The notes beneath the pieces were generated by a model. That model was not told the origin of the DNA. It did not search any database and was given only the letters and a program-made list of their open reading frames with translations. This document shows positions 48,623 through 58,525 of a DNA stretch of 64,000 nucleotides, piece after piece. Position 1 is the first letter of the stretch. Each line of letters starts with the position of its first letter. The translations under genes were made by a program, and so were the position numbers. This stretch comes from an uncultured Pseudohongiella sp. (GTDB lineage: Bacteria; Pseudomonadota; Gammaproteobacteria; Pseudomonadales; Pseudohongiellaceae): contig CAZTTE010000011.1 in NCBI GenBank assembly GCA_964616225.1, forward strand, positions 66,164-130,163, in the 5' to 3' direction.

Positions 48623-48787
48623 ATGAGCGAAGAAAACCAAACTGCAACAACTGGCCAGAATTCTGATCTTAAAGATGCCCAGACTTCGGCTCTGATAGCC
48701 GCCTCGACATTTATTATTTTTTCAGCGATCTACTGGTTCTTCCAGATACAGTCGGTGCGTGAGCTATTGGAACTGGCTTACGGATAA
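48623..48787 (+). CDS. 54-aa single-TM microprotein (not in the ORF track)
   Basis: ATG 48623 is preceded by AGGAGAAGATA. MSEENQTATTGQNSDLKDAQTSALIAASTFIIFSAIYWFFQIQSVRELLELAYG. It starts 14 nt after the upstream stop and is followed by a terminator. Confidence 0.55.
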   Translation: MSEENQTATTGQNSDLKDAQTSALIAASTFIIFSAIYWFFQIQSVRELLELAYG

Positions 48788-48801
48788 ATTCGTTTTCCAA
48801 C

Positions 48802-48830
48802 AAAAAGGCTGGCAATTGCCAGCCTTTTTT
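48802..48830. terminator. bidirectional rho-independent terminator
   Basis: AAAAA, stem GGCTGGC / GCCAGCC with loop AATT, then TTTTTT, between convergent genes. Confidence 0.8.
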
Positions 48831-48843
48831 GTGTCTCGGTTTT

Positions 48844-49269
48844 TTATTTCATGGGTGAGTAATCAGTGGCAACCATGTATTTTCTTTCTATGCCACCTAA
48901 TATCTGACCGTTACGATTCGACTCTTCGGCTACTCGTTCCCATTCAGGGTCAGCGATGAATGCTTGCCAGGATGCATTGGCAGCTTCCTGGCTATCATGA
49001 CCAAGCAGGTACACCAGCGTGTCTTCCCGTTCTTCTTCGCTGGTTGGTGACCAGTAACCGATTACTTCCATTCCGTGCTTACGGAAAATTCGCGTTGTAT
49101 GGTCACGGAAGCGGGCGTGCAGGTTGTCCAGGTTACCTGGAGTTGCTGTATAAGTGCGAAGTTCAAAGACTTTCTGATCCTGGGCGGAGGTGCTGAAGAA
49201 GATGCCTGCTCCCAGCCCAATAATTAGCGAAATGAGTGAAACTGCTGAGGTTTTTATGAATTTATTCAC
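48844..49269 (-). CDS. secreted NIPSNAP-family protein
   Basis: Signal peptide. FELRTYTATPGNLDNLHARFRDHTTRIFRKHGMEVIGYW is the NIPSNAP dimeric alpha-beta-barrel signature. Confidence 0.7.
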   Translation of the reverse strand: MNKFIKTSAVSLISLIIGLGAGIFFSTSAQDQKVFELRTYTATPGNLDNLHARFRDHTTRIFRKHGMEVIGYWSPTSEEEREDTLVYLLGHDSQEAANASWQAFIADPEWERVAEESNRNGQILGGIERKYMVATDYSPMK

Positions 49270-49446
49270 GTTTTTCTCCCGTATGTGGATTTATTCTTAC
49301 TATTCAATCTTGCTAATGAGGCTGAGTATAATCAAGGATTCAGTGCGAGACCACTATGCTAATCTGTTGCCGGGATTTTGTAGGGAAAGCTAAGCAGGAT
49401 TGCCCGGGTCTATACTAGATAGCAGAATTCAACTCTGAGATTCAGA

Positions 49447-50814
49447 ATGCGCATGAAGGGGCTAATTTTCTTAACGGGTATTTTTGGCGTTTTGCAAAGC
49501 GGTGCTTCTTTTGCTCAAAATTCCCCTGAAGATTTGCAGCGACAGCTATCCCTGGCCGAGTCTCTGGTAGAGGTACTGGAGGACGAAAACGACCAGCTCG
49601 ATTTAATCCTGGCGGAACCACTGGCGCAGCTCGCAGCCCAATACACTCTTCGGGGTCGTTATAGCGATGCGCATCGTGTGCTGGATCGTGCGACACAAAT
49701 TGTAAGAGTAAATGAAGGTCTCTATACCCGCTCCCAGATTCCTTACGTAAGACAAAAGATTGAGAATTTTGCCTCGGCACGAGACTGGGAAAGTGCGCGG
49801 CAGCAGTTACAACACCTGTTCTGGCTTTATAGGAAAAAAAGCGCAGTCGTCGATCAGCAACTGGTTGAAGATTTAATGCTTTTATCTCAAATGCATCTTA
49901 GAGGTGTAAATGAAGATTTAGAGTCTTCCCAGAGTTATCACCTTCGTCTGGCCATGACTACGAACTGGATGGCCTTGTCTGTCGCCGAATCGATTTACGG
50001 CAGAGAAGATGAACGACTCATTCCATTAATCTATCAGCTGCTGCGTCAACACCATTTACAGAAAGTTGCAATAGACCGGGGAGGAAGCCTGGGATATCAA
50101 TTGCGGCAGATATTTCCCGGTTCGGATTGGGTGCGGGAAAGAAATGAGATCAGGAATTACTTCTATTACACCGGTCGGCGATTGTTAAACCAGATTTTTG
50201 CCATCTATTCCAAACCTGAAATCAGGAATGCGGAAGCCCTGGCAATGACCAGGTTGTATATTGCCGATTGGCAGGTGCTGTTCGGGCGAGAGACAGATGC
50301 TCTCGAGAATTATCAGCAAGCCTATAACATCTTGAATATTGTTCAGCCTGAAAGTGTGCAGACGTTTTTTGCACATCCACAAGTTTTGCCAGTGCCTGAT
50401 TTTCATGCATCCATCGAATCGGCGATGGCGCCAACATTAGCGGAAACAATAGACTCTGAAACCCAGGCCGAAGTTGCCCAGACCTTGAGTTTTACCGAAT
50501 GGGGATCTGCTTTTCCCTATGCGCGGCAGCCCTATGCGGAACCAGTCTATGATGGGCTCGACAGCAAGAGTGCCCTGTTTTCTTTTAGCCTTGCCGGTGT
50601 TGCCGATGTGCCCATGTGGATTAATACCAGAAACGCGCAGAAATTTAGCGTAGCCATCGATACCCAAATACTCAGTTCTGAAGTCGCCTCTGATAATGAG
50701 GAGAGGCAGCTAACCCGCCGTGTAGGATGGTTGAGTTTCAGACCCAAGCTGGTGAATGGCTTGCCCCAGGATGTTGAAACTACGCTGGAATATTGGGCAC
50801 TGCAGGAGTTCTAG
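49447..50814 (+). CDS. secreted hypothetical protein with TPR-like helical N-terminal half
   Basis: Signal peptide MKGLIFLTGIFGVLQSGASFAQ. Long uninterrupted frame. No family recognised. Confidence 0.6.
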   Translation: MRMKGLIFLTGIFGVLQSGASFAQNSPEDLQRQLSLAESLVEVLEDENDQLDLILAEPLAQLAAQYTLRGRYSDAHRVLDRATQIVRVNEGLYTRSQIPYVRQKIENFASARDWESARQQLQHLFWLYRKKSAVVDQQLVEDLMLLSQMHLRGVNEDLESSQSYHLRLAMTTNWMALSVAESIYGREDERLIPLIYQLLRQHHLQKVAIDRGGSLGYQLRQIFPGSDWVRERNEIRNYFYYTGRRLLNQIFAIYSKPEIRNAEALAMTRLYIADWQVLFGRETDALENYQQAYNILNIVQPESVQTFFAHPQVLPVPDFHASIESAMAPTLAETIDSETQAEVAQTLSFTEWGSAFPYARQPYAEPVYDGLDSKSALFSFSLAGVADVPMWINTRNAQKFSVAIDTQILSSEVASDNEERQLTRRVGWLSFRPKLVNGLPQDVETTLEYWALQEF

Positions 50815-50869
50815 GTCTAAACTATTTTAGTGATTCCCTGTATGATGCCCGCTCCCCTAAACTGAGACA

Positions 50870-51112
50870 ATGAGCCTGATTGTGGAAAACTTGGTAAGCC
50901 AAGGATTTGAGCTAGCTATTTTCGGCATGGGTACGGTATTCGTATTCCTGACCCTTCTGATCCTGGCGACTCATGGGATGTCGCGACTGGTGCAGAAATA
51001 TGAGCCGGAAATGCCAAAAACTGCTGTGAAAACAGCGACACAAAAAGTCGACCGGCACTTGGTTGAGGTCATTGCAGCTGCAATTGCGCAACACCGTAAT
51101 GAAGGTGATTAA
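50870..51112 (+). CDS. oadG: oxaloacetate decarboxylase (Na+-pumping) gamma subunit
   Basis: An 80-aa single-TM protein (LAIFGMGTVFVFLTLLILA) immediately upstream of oadA and oadB. Confidence 0.8.
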   Translation: MSLIVENLVSQGFELAIFGMGTVFVFLTLLILATHGMSRLVQKYEPEMPKTAVKTATQKVDRHLVEVIAAAIAQHRNEGD

Positions 51113-51158
51113 TGGTGCATCCGGCACTGTTTAGTAAATTATTGTATGAGCCACATCT

Positions 51159-52949
51159 ATGAGCGATAACAAATCTCCACTGGGTATTACTGACGTCGTT
51201 CTGCGTGATGCTCACCAGTCCTTGTTCGCCACGCGCATGCGCATCGACGACATGCTGCCTATAGCTGAAAAACTTGACCAGGTAGGATTCTGGTCGCTGG
51301 AGTCCTGGGGTGGGGCGACTTTTGATGCCTGCATCCGTTATCTCGGTGAAGATCCCTGGGAGAGAATTCGTCGTTTTAAAGAAGCGATGCCGAACACGCC
51401 ACAGCAAATGCTATTTCGTGGCCAGAATATTTTAGGATATCGCCATTACGCAGATGACCTGGTGGATAAGTTCGTAGAAAGAGCGGCTATTAATGGTGTC
51501 GATGTATTTCGTGTTTTCGATGCCATGAATGATATACGCAATCTAGAGACTGCAATTACGTCGGTGCGCAAACACGGCAAGCACGCCCAGGGAACTATGT
51601 CCTACACCATAAGCCCCGTCTATAACATCGATAGCTGGCTGGATATGGCGCGCTCAATTGAAAGTATGGGTGCTGATTCGCTTTGCATAAAAGATATGGC
51701 GGGCCTGCTTAAACCCTATGTTGCCTATGAGCTCATTACTAAATTAAAGCAGACCGTAGCAATCCCTATTCACATGCAGTGTCATGCCACTACTGGTTTA
51801 TCAACCCCTACTTATATAAAAGCCATCGAAGCTGGAATCGATAATTTAGACACCGCGATATCTTCGATGAGTATGACCTATGGCCATTCTCCAACAGAAA
51901 CTGTTGTCTCCTTTCTCGAGGGAACAGATCGTGATACTGGCCTGAATATCAAGCTTCTGGAAGAGATTGCCAGCTACTTCCGTGAAGTTCGCAAGAAGTA
52001 CGTAAAATTCGAAGGCTCCCTGAAAGGAATTGACTCCCGCATACTGGTGGCCCAGGTTCCTGGTGGAATGCTCACTAATCTCGAGAATCAATTAAGGGAA
52101 CAGAATGCGACCGATAAACTGGATGAGGTATTGGAGGAAATTCCCAAAGTAAGGGAAGACCTGGGTTTTATTCCCCTGGTAACACCTACATCCCAGATTG
52201 TCGGAACCCAGGCCGTGTTAAACGTGCTAACGGGTGAGCGCTATCGCAATATTACCAAAGAAACAGAAGGCGTATTAAAAGGTGAGTATGGCGCAACTCC
52301 GGCGCCGGTCAATGCAAAGCTGCAGGCAAAAGTCCTGGATGGCGGTGAGCCAATTACCTGCCGTCCCGCAGACTTAATAGAACCGGAATTTGAAAAACTA
52401 AAAGCCGATGTGCTGGAACTGTCTAATGAGGAAGGGGTCACTTTAGAGAATGAAGTAGACGATACACTCACCTATGCCTTGTTTCCGCAAGTAGGTTGGA
52501 AGTTTCTCAAGAACCGCAAGAACCCCAATGCATTCGAACCTCCACCTACAGAAGAAGACCTGGTGCCGGCCGGATCAAAGCAGCAAGCCAAGTCCGGTGT
52601 TTATTCCGTGGAATTGGAAGGTAGGTCCTATGTAGTGAAGGTGACCGATGGTGGAGACGTATCTCATCTGGGTGAGGTTCTTGGATCTCCGACTCCGGTT
52701 CCGCCCAAGCCAGTAGCCGTAACCTCCCGTAGCGAGCCTATCGATATCCCGGCACCATTGGCCGGGAACGTATTCAATATCCTCGTTGCTGTTGGAGATG
52801 CGGTTAAGGAAGGGGATGTAATCCTGGTGCTGGAAGCCATGAAGATGGAAACGGAAATACGCTCATTGGAAACCGGCGTTGTGGCAGAAATTTTGGTGAA
52901 TACTGGAGATGCGGTGAAAGTTGGCGATGTCCTTCTGACGCTCAATTAA
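51159..52949 (+). CDS. oadA: oxaloacetate decarboxylase alpha subunit (carboxyltransferase plus biotinyl domain)
   Basis: [19 protein letters not shown]...[16 protein letters not shown] carboxyltransferase TIM barrel. C-terminal biotinylation motif [10 protein letters not shown]. Confidence 0.9.
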   Translation: MSDNKSPLGITDVVLRDAHQSLFATRMRIDDMLPIAEKLDQVGFWSLESWGGATFDACIRYLGEDPWERIRRFKEAMPNTPQQMLFRGQNILGYRHYADDLVDKFVERAAINGVDVFRVFDAMNDIRNLETAITSVRKHGKHAQGTMSYTISPVYNIDSWLDMARSIESMGADSLCIKDMAGLLKPYVAYELITKLKQTVAIPIHMQCHATTGLSTPTYIKAIEAGIDNLDTAISSMSMTYGHSPTETVVSFLEGTDRDTGLNIKLLEEIASYFREVRKKYVKFEGSLKGIDSRILVAQVPGGMLTNLENQLREQNATDKLDEVLEEIPKVREDLGFIPLVTPTSQIVGTQAVLNVLTGERYRNITKETEGVLKGEYGATPAPVNAKLQAKVLDGGEPITCRPADLIEPEFEKLKADVLELSNEEGVTLENEVDDTLTYALFPQVGWKFLKNRKNPNAFEPPPTEEDLVPAGSKQQAKSGVYSVELEGRSYVVKVTDGGDVSHLGEVLGSPTPVPPKPVAVTSRSEPIDIPAPLAGNVFNILVAVGDAVKEGDVILVLEAMKMETEIRSLETGVVAEILVNTGDAVKVGDVLLTLN

Positions 52950-52965
52950 GTAAGCGAAACTATCT

Positions 52966-54096
52966 ATGAGCCAGTTAGCCGCGCTGTGGCAGTCTTCAGG
53001 AATTTATCAGATCAGTATTGCCCAGGCAGTCATGATTTTGATTGGATTGTTTTTGTTGTACCTGGCAATTGCGAAACGCTTCGAACCCTTACTCTTAATC
53101 CCCATCGGCTTTGGTGGGATACTGTCGAATATTCCAGGTGTTGATATAGCCGTGGGTGACGGTGTGCTGGCTCAATTCGCAGGAATGGGTCTGGACACCG
53201 GCATATTTCCACTGCTGGTATTTATGGGCATCGGGGCCATGACAGATTTCGGCCCTCTATTAGCGAATCCGCGAACCATGCTGTTGGGCGCTGCGGCGCA
53301 GTTTGGCATTTTCTCCACCCTGTTAGGCGCGTTAGCTATGACCCAGCTTGGAGTCTTCGACTTTAGCTTGGCCCAGGCGGCAGCCATAGGCATTATTGGA
53401 GGGGCGGATGGGCCAACAGCCATCTATGTTTCCAGTGTGCTGGCACCGGAGTTACTGGGGGCGATTGCTGTCTCTGCCTACTCCTATATGGCCCTGGTTC
53501 CACTCATTCAACCGCCAATAATGCGCGCACTCACGACCCACTCTGAGCGCACCATTAAGATGCAGTTACCGCGGGAAGTATCGCAAACAGAAAAAATCCT
53601 GTTTCCCCTATTGCTGCTAATCCTGGTTGCCCTGATCGTTCCAGGTGCCGCGCCCTTGCTGGGCATGTTCTGCTTTGGCAATCTAATGAAAGAATGTCGT
53701 GTCGTCGCCCGTTTGTCCGATACGGCACAGAACGCGCTAATCAATATAGCAACAATATTTTTGGGCTTATCCGTTGGCTCTAAACTGATCGCTGATGAAT
53801 TTCTGGTTGGCGCGACGCTCGGTATCCTAGGGCTTGGAGTTGTTGCATTCGCCATAGGCACTGCTACAGGCGTGTTAATGGCGAAGATTATGAATATGTT
53901 TTCGGAGCGAAAAATCAATCCACTTATTGGGGCGGCCGGTGTTTCCGCCGTGCCAATGGCTGCCAGGGTCGCGAACAAGGTAGGTATCGAATCCGATCCC
54001 GATAACTTTCTCATTATGCATGCAATGGGGCCGAACGTGGCCGGTGTTATCGGTTCAACCATTGCCGCCGGCGTACTCATACAGTTCGCAGCTTAA
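52966..54096 (+). CDS. oadB: oxaloacetate decarboxylase beta subunit (Na+ pump)
   Basis: A polytopic 376-aa protein. [20 protein letters not shown] and [11 protein letters not shown] are typical of the sodium-translocating decarboxylase beta subunit. Confidence 0.9.
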   Translation: MSQLAALWQSSGIYQISIAQAVMILIGLFLLYLAIAKRFEPLLLIPIGFGGILSNIPGVDIAVGDGVLAQFAGMGLDTGIFPLLVFMGIGAMTDFGPLLANPRTMLLGAAAQFGIFSTLLGALAMTQLGVFDFSLAQAAAIGIIGGADGPTAIYVSSVLAPELLGAIAVSAYSYMALVPLIQPPIMRALTTHSERTIKMQLPREVSQTEKILFPLLLLILVALIVPGAAPLLGMFCFGNLMKECRVVARLSDTAQNALINIATIFLGLSVGSKLIADEFLVGATLGILGLGVVAFAIGTATGVLMAKIMNMFSERKINPLIGAAGVSAVPMAARVANKVGIESDPDNFLIMHAMGPNVAGVIGSTIAAGVLIQFAA

Positions 54097-54304
54097 GCGC
54101 TTTCTTACTGAATCATTACACTTCTGTACTAAATTCAGAATATTCCCGGACTTATCAAAAGCTGGGCCGATGGCGGCCGAAGAATTTTATTAAGTACGTT
54201 TGTAAATTCACAGCAACCAGGGAGGTAGAACAAACTTAAAAACAAAACAATACCAGCCACACTCGAATCATAAGGGATTCCAAGTGCTATGAGCGAAGTG
54301 AAAC

Positions 54305-55702
54305 TTGTCAAAAAACTCTGTTGACAGCAGTACCTCCTCAAACCCAATTTTCTATGTCCTGGATACCAATGCTCTAATCCATGATCCAACCTCTGCTCTC
54401 AATTTCGACGAACACCACGTAGTAATTCCAATAACCGTATTAGAAGAACTCGACTCGATAAAGAGTGGACGTCAATCTATTGCAGCCGATTGTCGTCAGG
54501 CTATCCGTGAATTGGATAAGCAGCTGGGAAGAGCGAGTCCGGAAGAAGTTGAAAGCGGTGTTGCTATTCAAAGAAGTGATGGTGAAAAAGCAGGAACCTT
54601 ATCGTTGCTGATGACCGAAACACCGGAAAACCTGGTCATGCTTCCTACCCATTTAAATGACAATAAAATTTTGAATGACGTTGATTTTTTAAAGCAGAGT
54701 CGTCCTGATCGTAAAGTAGTGTTGGTAAGCAAAGATATTAACGTGCGATTAAAAGCGCGAGGTTGTGGAATCGATTCTGAGGATTACCACAGCGATCAAC
54801 TGCTTAGTGATATCGAACAACTTAATACCGGCTACCTGAAATTCCCGGACTCATTCTGGGATAGAGTCGATGATGTGGAAACCGTTCAGAAGAGTGGGGT
54901 CACCATACACCGGATTGCCCGTTCGCTGTTTGGCCAGAAAGTCTATCTGAATCAATTCCTGCGGGATGAGGCTGGTTTTCTTGGGCGAGTGCTCAGCACC
55001 GATAAGGATAGAGTGACACTTCTGCACCTGGATCTGCAGCGCATCATGGATACCGAAGCCTGGGGGCTAAAACCCCGGGATGTATACCAGGCCATGGCGC
55101 TCAATTTATTAATGGATCCGGAAGTGCATCTGGTTAATCTAACCGGTTCTGCGGGATCTGGAAAAACCATACTCGCTCTAGCGGCAGCAATTGAACAAAC
55201 GGTGCCGTCGAAAGTTTACCGTCGCATCATCGTGACCCGCAGCACCCAGGGACTGGATGAGGATATCGGTTTTCTACCTGGAAACGAAGAGGAAAAAATG
55301 GAGCCATGGCTAGGTGCCATAACAGACAATCTCGAAGCACTCCATTGGGAAGATGAAAATTTTTCGAGCGGTGTTGAGTATGTCCTCAATAAAGTGCCGT
55401 TAATGTTCAAATCCTTGAACTATATCCGCGGACGATCTTTTCAAAGTAGTTTGATAATTATCGACGAGTCACAGAATCTGACGCCGCATCAGATCAAAAC
55501 AATTCTGACCCGTGCCGGCAATGGTTCCAAGGTTATCTGTCTGGGAAATCTGGCGCAGATAGATACGCCGTACTTAACCCCAATCAGCTCCGGGTTAACC
55601 TATCTTTCAGAAAGGTTTAAGGGGTTTAATAAAGGAGGAACGATTTTGTTGCAGGGTGTACCGCGCTCAGCGCCGGCGAAATTTGCCGAGGAGCATTTAT
55701 AA
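54305..55702 (+). CDS. PIN-domain / PhoH-like ATPase (YlaK-type)
   Basis: N-terminal PIN FYVLDTNALIHDP. Walker A GSAGSGKT. PhoH motifs IVTRSTQGLDEDIGFLPG and IIIDESQNLT. TTG start. Confidence 0.85.
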   Translation: MSKNSVDSSTSSNPIFYVLDTNALIHDPTSALNFDEHHVVIPITVLEELDSIKSGRQSIAADCRQAIRELDKQLGRASPEEVESGVAIQRSDGEKAGTLSLLMTETPENLVMLPTHLNDNKILNDVDFLKQSRPDRKVVLVSKDINVRLKARGCGIDSEDYHSDQLLSDIEQLNTGYLKFPDSFWDRVDDVETVQKSGVTIHRIARSLFGQKVYLNQFLRDEAGFLGRVLSTDKDRVTLLHLDLQRIMDTEAWGLKPRDVYQAMALNLLMDPEVHLVNLTGSAGSGKTILALAAAIEQTVPSKVYRRIIVTRSTQGLDEDIGFLPGNEEEKMEPWLGAITDNLEALHWEDENFSSGVEYVLNKVPLMFKSLNYIRGRSFQSSLIIIDESQNLTPHQIKTILTRAGNGSKVICLGNLAQIDTPYLTPISSGLTYLSERFKGFNKGGTILLQGVPRSAPAKFAEEHL

Positions 55703-56497
55703 ATAGCCGCTACTGGATTCGTCTTCAAAAATATTTTGCTGCATGGTTTGTGCGGGAGCTTCTGAGCCAGGTTTGCCTACGGTCCGCGCCGGAACGCCCA
55801 CTACGGTAGTATGTGCTTCTACATCATTCAGGACGACGCTGCCGGCACCAATTTTGGCACCTTCTCCAATCTCAATATTGCCAAGTACTTTTGCCCCGGT
55901 TGAAATCAACACCCCGGAACGAATCTTTGGATGGCGATCACCCTGTTCGTTACCGGTACCGCCTAAGGTAACCTGCTGCAGGATTGAAACATTGTCCTCA
56001 ATGACCGAGGTTTCGCCCACAACAATACCCGTCGCATGATCAAACATGATGCCGCGGCCCATCACACAGGCTGGGTGTATATCCACCGAGAAAACTTCGG
56101 AGTTGCGACTCTGGATAAAGAGGGCCAGTTCTTTACGATCATTCTTCCACAAGAAATGAGCCAAACGATGAACCTGAATAGATTGGAATCCCTTGAGATA
56201 GAGAATTACCGGTAAGTAACCGCAGATCGCAGCATCCCGTTCGTATACCGCCTTTATATCGCAGGCTGCATGTTCGATATTATCAGGGGATGTGGAGAAT
56301 GCGTTGTCAAATAGCTCGCGCATGGTCACTACCGGCATAACATCATCCGATAGCTTGTTAGCTAAAATAAAACTCAAAGCCGACTCTAATGAGTCATGAT
56401 TCAATACACAGGCGTACACATAGCTCGCCAGCAATGGTTCTTCCTGAATCACAGCTTCCGCTTCGGTTCTAAGTTGTTGCCACAGTTCTTCAGTCAT
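55697..56497 (-). CDS. cysE: serine O-acetyltransferase
   Basis: N-terminal helical SATase domain plus hexapeptide repeats GIVVGETSVIEDNVSILQQVTLGGTG...DRHPKIRSGVLISTGAKVLGNIEIGEGAKIGAGSVV. Confidence 0.9.
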   Translation of the reverse strand: MTEELWQQLRTEAEAVIQEEPLLASYVYACVLNHDSLESALSFILANKLSDDVMPVVTMRELFDNAFSTSPDNIEHAACDIKAVYERDAAICGYLPVILYLKGFQSIQVHRLAHFLWKNDRKELALFIQSRNSEVFSVDIHPACVMGRGIMFDHATGIVVGETSVIEDNVSILQQVTLGGTGNEQGDRHPKIRSGVLISTGAKVLGNIEIGEGAKIGAGSVVLNDVEAHTTVVGVPARTVGKPGSEAPAQTMQQNIFEDESSSGYL

Positions 56498-56572
56498 GGC
56501 TATTTCCGCGAGATCTTGAGGATGATCGATTATAAGGTCTTAACTATTGGATACAACAGTGGAGGATAAATT

Positions 56573-57287
56573 CTAACCGGCAAACAAGCGCTGAATCAGG
56601 GACTTTTCCTTCTTGCTCGTATCGGTATCGCTTATGGCATCGTCAAGATGTTGTTCGGTGATAATGAGTTCACCCTTACCATAGGCAACCATGAACGCCT
56701 TATGACAGAGGATATTGATTAGGCGAGGAACGCCTTTGCTTACTTCAAATAATTTGTCGATGGCGTCTGCTGTAAATACGCAGGTAAACCTGGCTACCAA
56801 ACTCCCGGTCTATATTGAGAGCAAAGCCACGGCTAAGGGTTCGCAATTCGCGTTCGGATGCCTGGTTGCCAAGCACGAAGGAGTTCTCGACATTCCCTTG
56901 TTCATCAACTACAAATAATTCGATTCCACCTCTTACGAATCCAGCAACTATTTTTGGTGGTCCGAACTCAAGTACTTTCGAGCTTTCATCGGGCATATTG
57001 GACCAGTCAAGATTGAAGCGTAGCCAGAAGGCGGAATTGGTTATACCAAAATGCAGAATGTCACGATCGTGGGGAATAAAGTTAACACTAAAATTTGGAG
57101 CCAGCACATCGTCGATTGTGAGAGCTTCCGAGCTGTCTTCGTAGTATTCAACGTATTCGGCAATCGCGATACGATCTGTGTTTTCAGACATCTGAATGGT
57201 CTGGGAAAATGCAGGCAGTGCGATGCCCAAACCTGGCAATAAAGCCAGAAGCCAGACCGATAAATTCTGTAATGGTTTAGTGATCAC
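56573..57287 (-). pseudogene. chimeric scar: N-terminal 7TMR-DISMED2 sensor fragment abutting the C-terminal tail of an ExeA/MshM-like AAA ATPase
   Basis: ORF 56745..57287 has a signal peptide plus YYEDSSEALTIDDV...HFGITNSAFWLRFNL...QVYLRIYS (7TMR-DISMED2). It stops after about 170 aa with no 7TM or output domain. In another frame, 56573..56809 reads FTADAIDKLFEVSKGVPRLINILCHKAFMVAYGKGELIITEQHLDDAI, which is the ExeA-family C-terminus with no Walker motifs. Confidence 0.6.
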
Positions 57288-57550
57288 GGTATTTCGTAAT
57301 GGCCAAGAATTGGGATTTAGCAGTCCGCTTGCCTTGGTAGATATTCTGCTTTAATTGGGCAGAAGCAAATTTTAGCGATTCATACCCATCCACACAATCG
57401 AAAGTGTGAGCCTGCTATTTAGCGCAATTTCTTCTGAATCAATCCTTTAGCTTCAAATAATCGACTTTTGATCGATTTATCTCTATCTCTACTCAAAATT
57501 ACCGATTACCATTTACAGTATCAGTAACTACGAGATTCTAGCCACGGCCC

Positions 57551-58525
57551 ATGATTAATCGCTTCAAGCTAACTAAATTGCTAATCCTTTGCCTGTTTAT
57601 TGCCGGCTTCAGCTCGAGCTCGGCACAGGAGATTGGGCAGTTACAATATTGGCTGGAAGTATCTGCGGCGGACCAGTCCTATGCAGACCTGGCCAATGAA
57701 ATCGGCCGTACCGAGGCTTTTCGTGAGTTTCTCGGTGAAGGCTCGGTTGTGTTTCGGCGTAACAGGGGCCCGGTTGATGCACTGAAAGAGTACCAAACCG
57801 AGGAATACGAAGCCCATGAATTTACCTGGGAATCACATTACATCGATGTTTCCAGGGATGGGGATTTGGGATTAACCGCAGGCCCTTATGAAGCCGTGGA
57901 TCCAGCATTAGAAGATCCTTACTTTTTCGGCCATTTAGTCTCTATCTGGAAAAAGAACAATGACCGTTGGGAGTTAATGGCGGATATGGTTGCCGGGGTG
58001 CCTGGATTCTTGAGCCTGAACGTCGAGCCGAACTTTGAAGACACGGTTCCTATCCTGGAAGAAACCGCGCATCCAATTATGGCGGCTGCAGAAGATAATA
58101 CGATGCAGAGCCTGATAGACGCGGATAATTTGTTTGGGCGATCTATAAATGTTCGGGGTGGGCAGCGAGCATTGATACGCTATGGTCTGGATAATACAAG
58201 GGTCTATTTGCCGGGTATGGCACCCGCCGTAGGTGCGGACGCGGCAAGCTCTGTTTATGGTGCCTATCTGGATAATCAGCTGAGTACCACCAATCCCATT
58301 AGCCTGACCCACATGGGTGGATACATGTCCACTTCCAAAGAAATGGCCTATACCTACGGCATCATGGAAGTGAATGAAGGGGAAGCACTGGTCTTCAGTG
58401 ACGACGGCAAACCCTTTCAAACGAGTTATCTTCGGCTGTGGCGATTCCATGAAAGCAACGAGTGGCGCATCGCTGTCGAAGTATTACGCACGTTGGATAT
58501 TCCCCTAATTACTGATCCTGATTGA
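57551..58525 (+). CDS. secreted protein with two NTF2-like (DUF4440-type) halves (tentative)
   Basis: Signal peptide. GDLGLTAGPYE...HLVSIWKKNNDRWELMADM and YTYGIMEV...SYLRLWRFHESNEWRIAVEV resemble SnoaL/DUF4440 motifs. Confidence 0.5.
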   Translation: MINRFKLTKLLILCLFIAGFSSSSAQEIGQLQYWLEVSAADQSYADLANEIGRTEAFREFLGEGSVVFRRNRGPVDALKEYQTEEYEAHEFTWESHYIDVSRDGDLGLTAGPYEAVDPALEDPYFFGHLVSIWKKNNDRWELMADMVAGVPGFLSLNVEPNFEDTVPILEETAHPIMAAAEDNTMQSLIDADNLFGRSINVRGGQRALIRYGLDNTRVYLPGMAPAVGADAASSVYGAYLDNQLSTTNPISLTHMGGYMSTSKEMAYTYGIMEVNEGEALVFSDDGKPFQTSYLRLWRFHESNEWRIAVEVLRTLDIPLITDPD

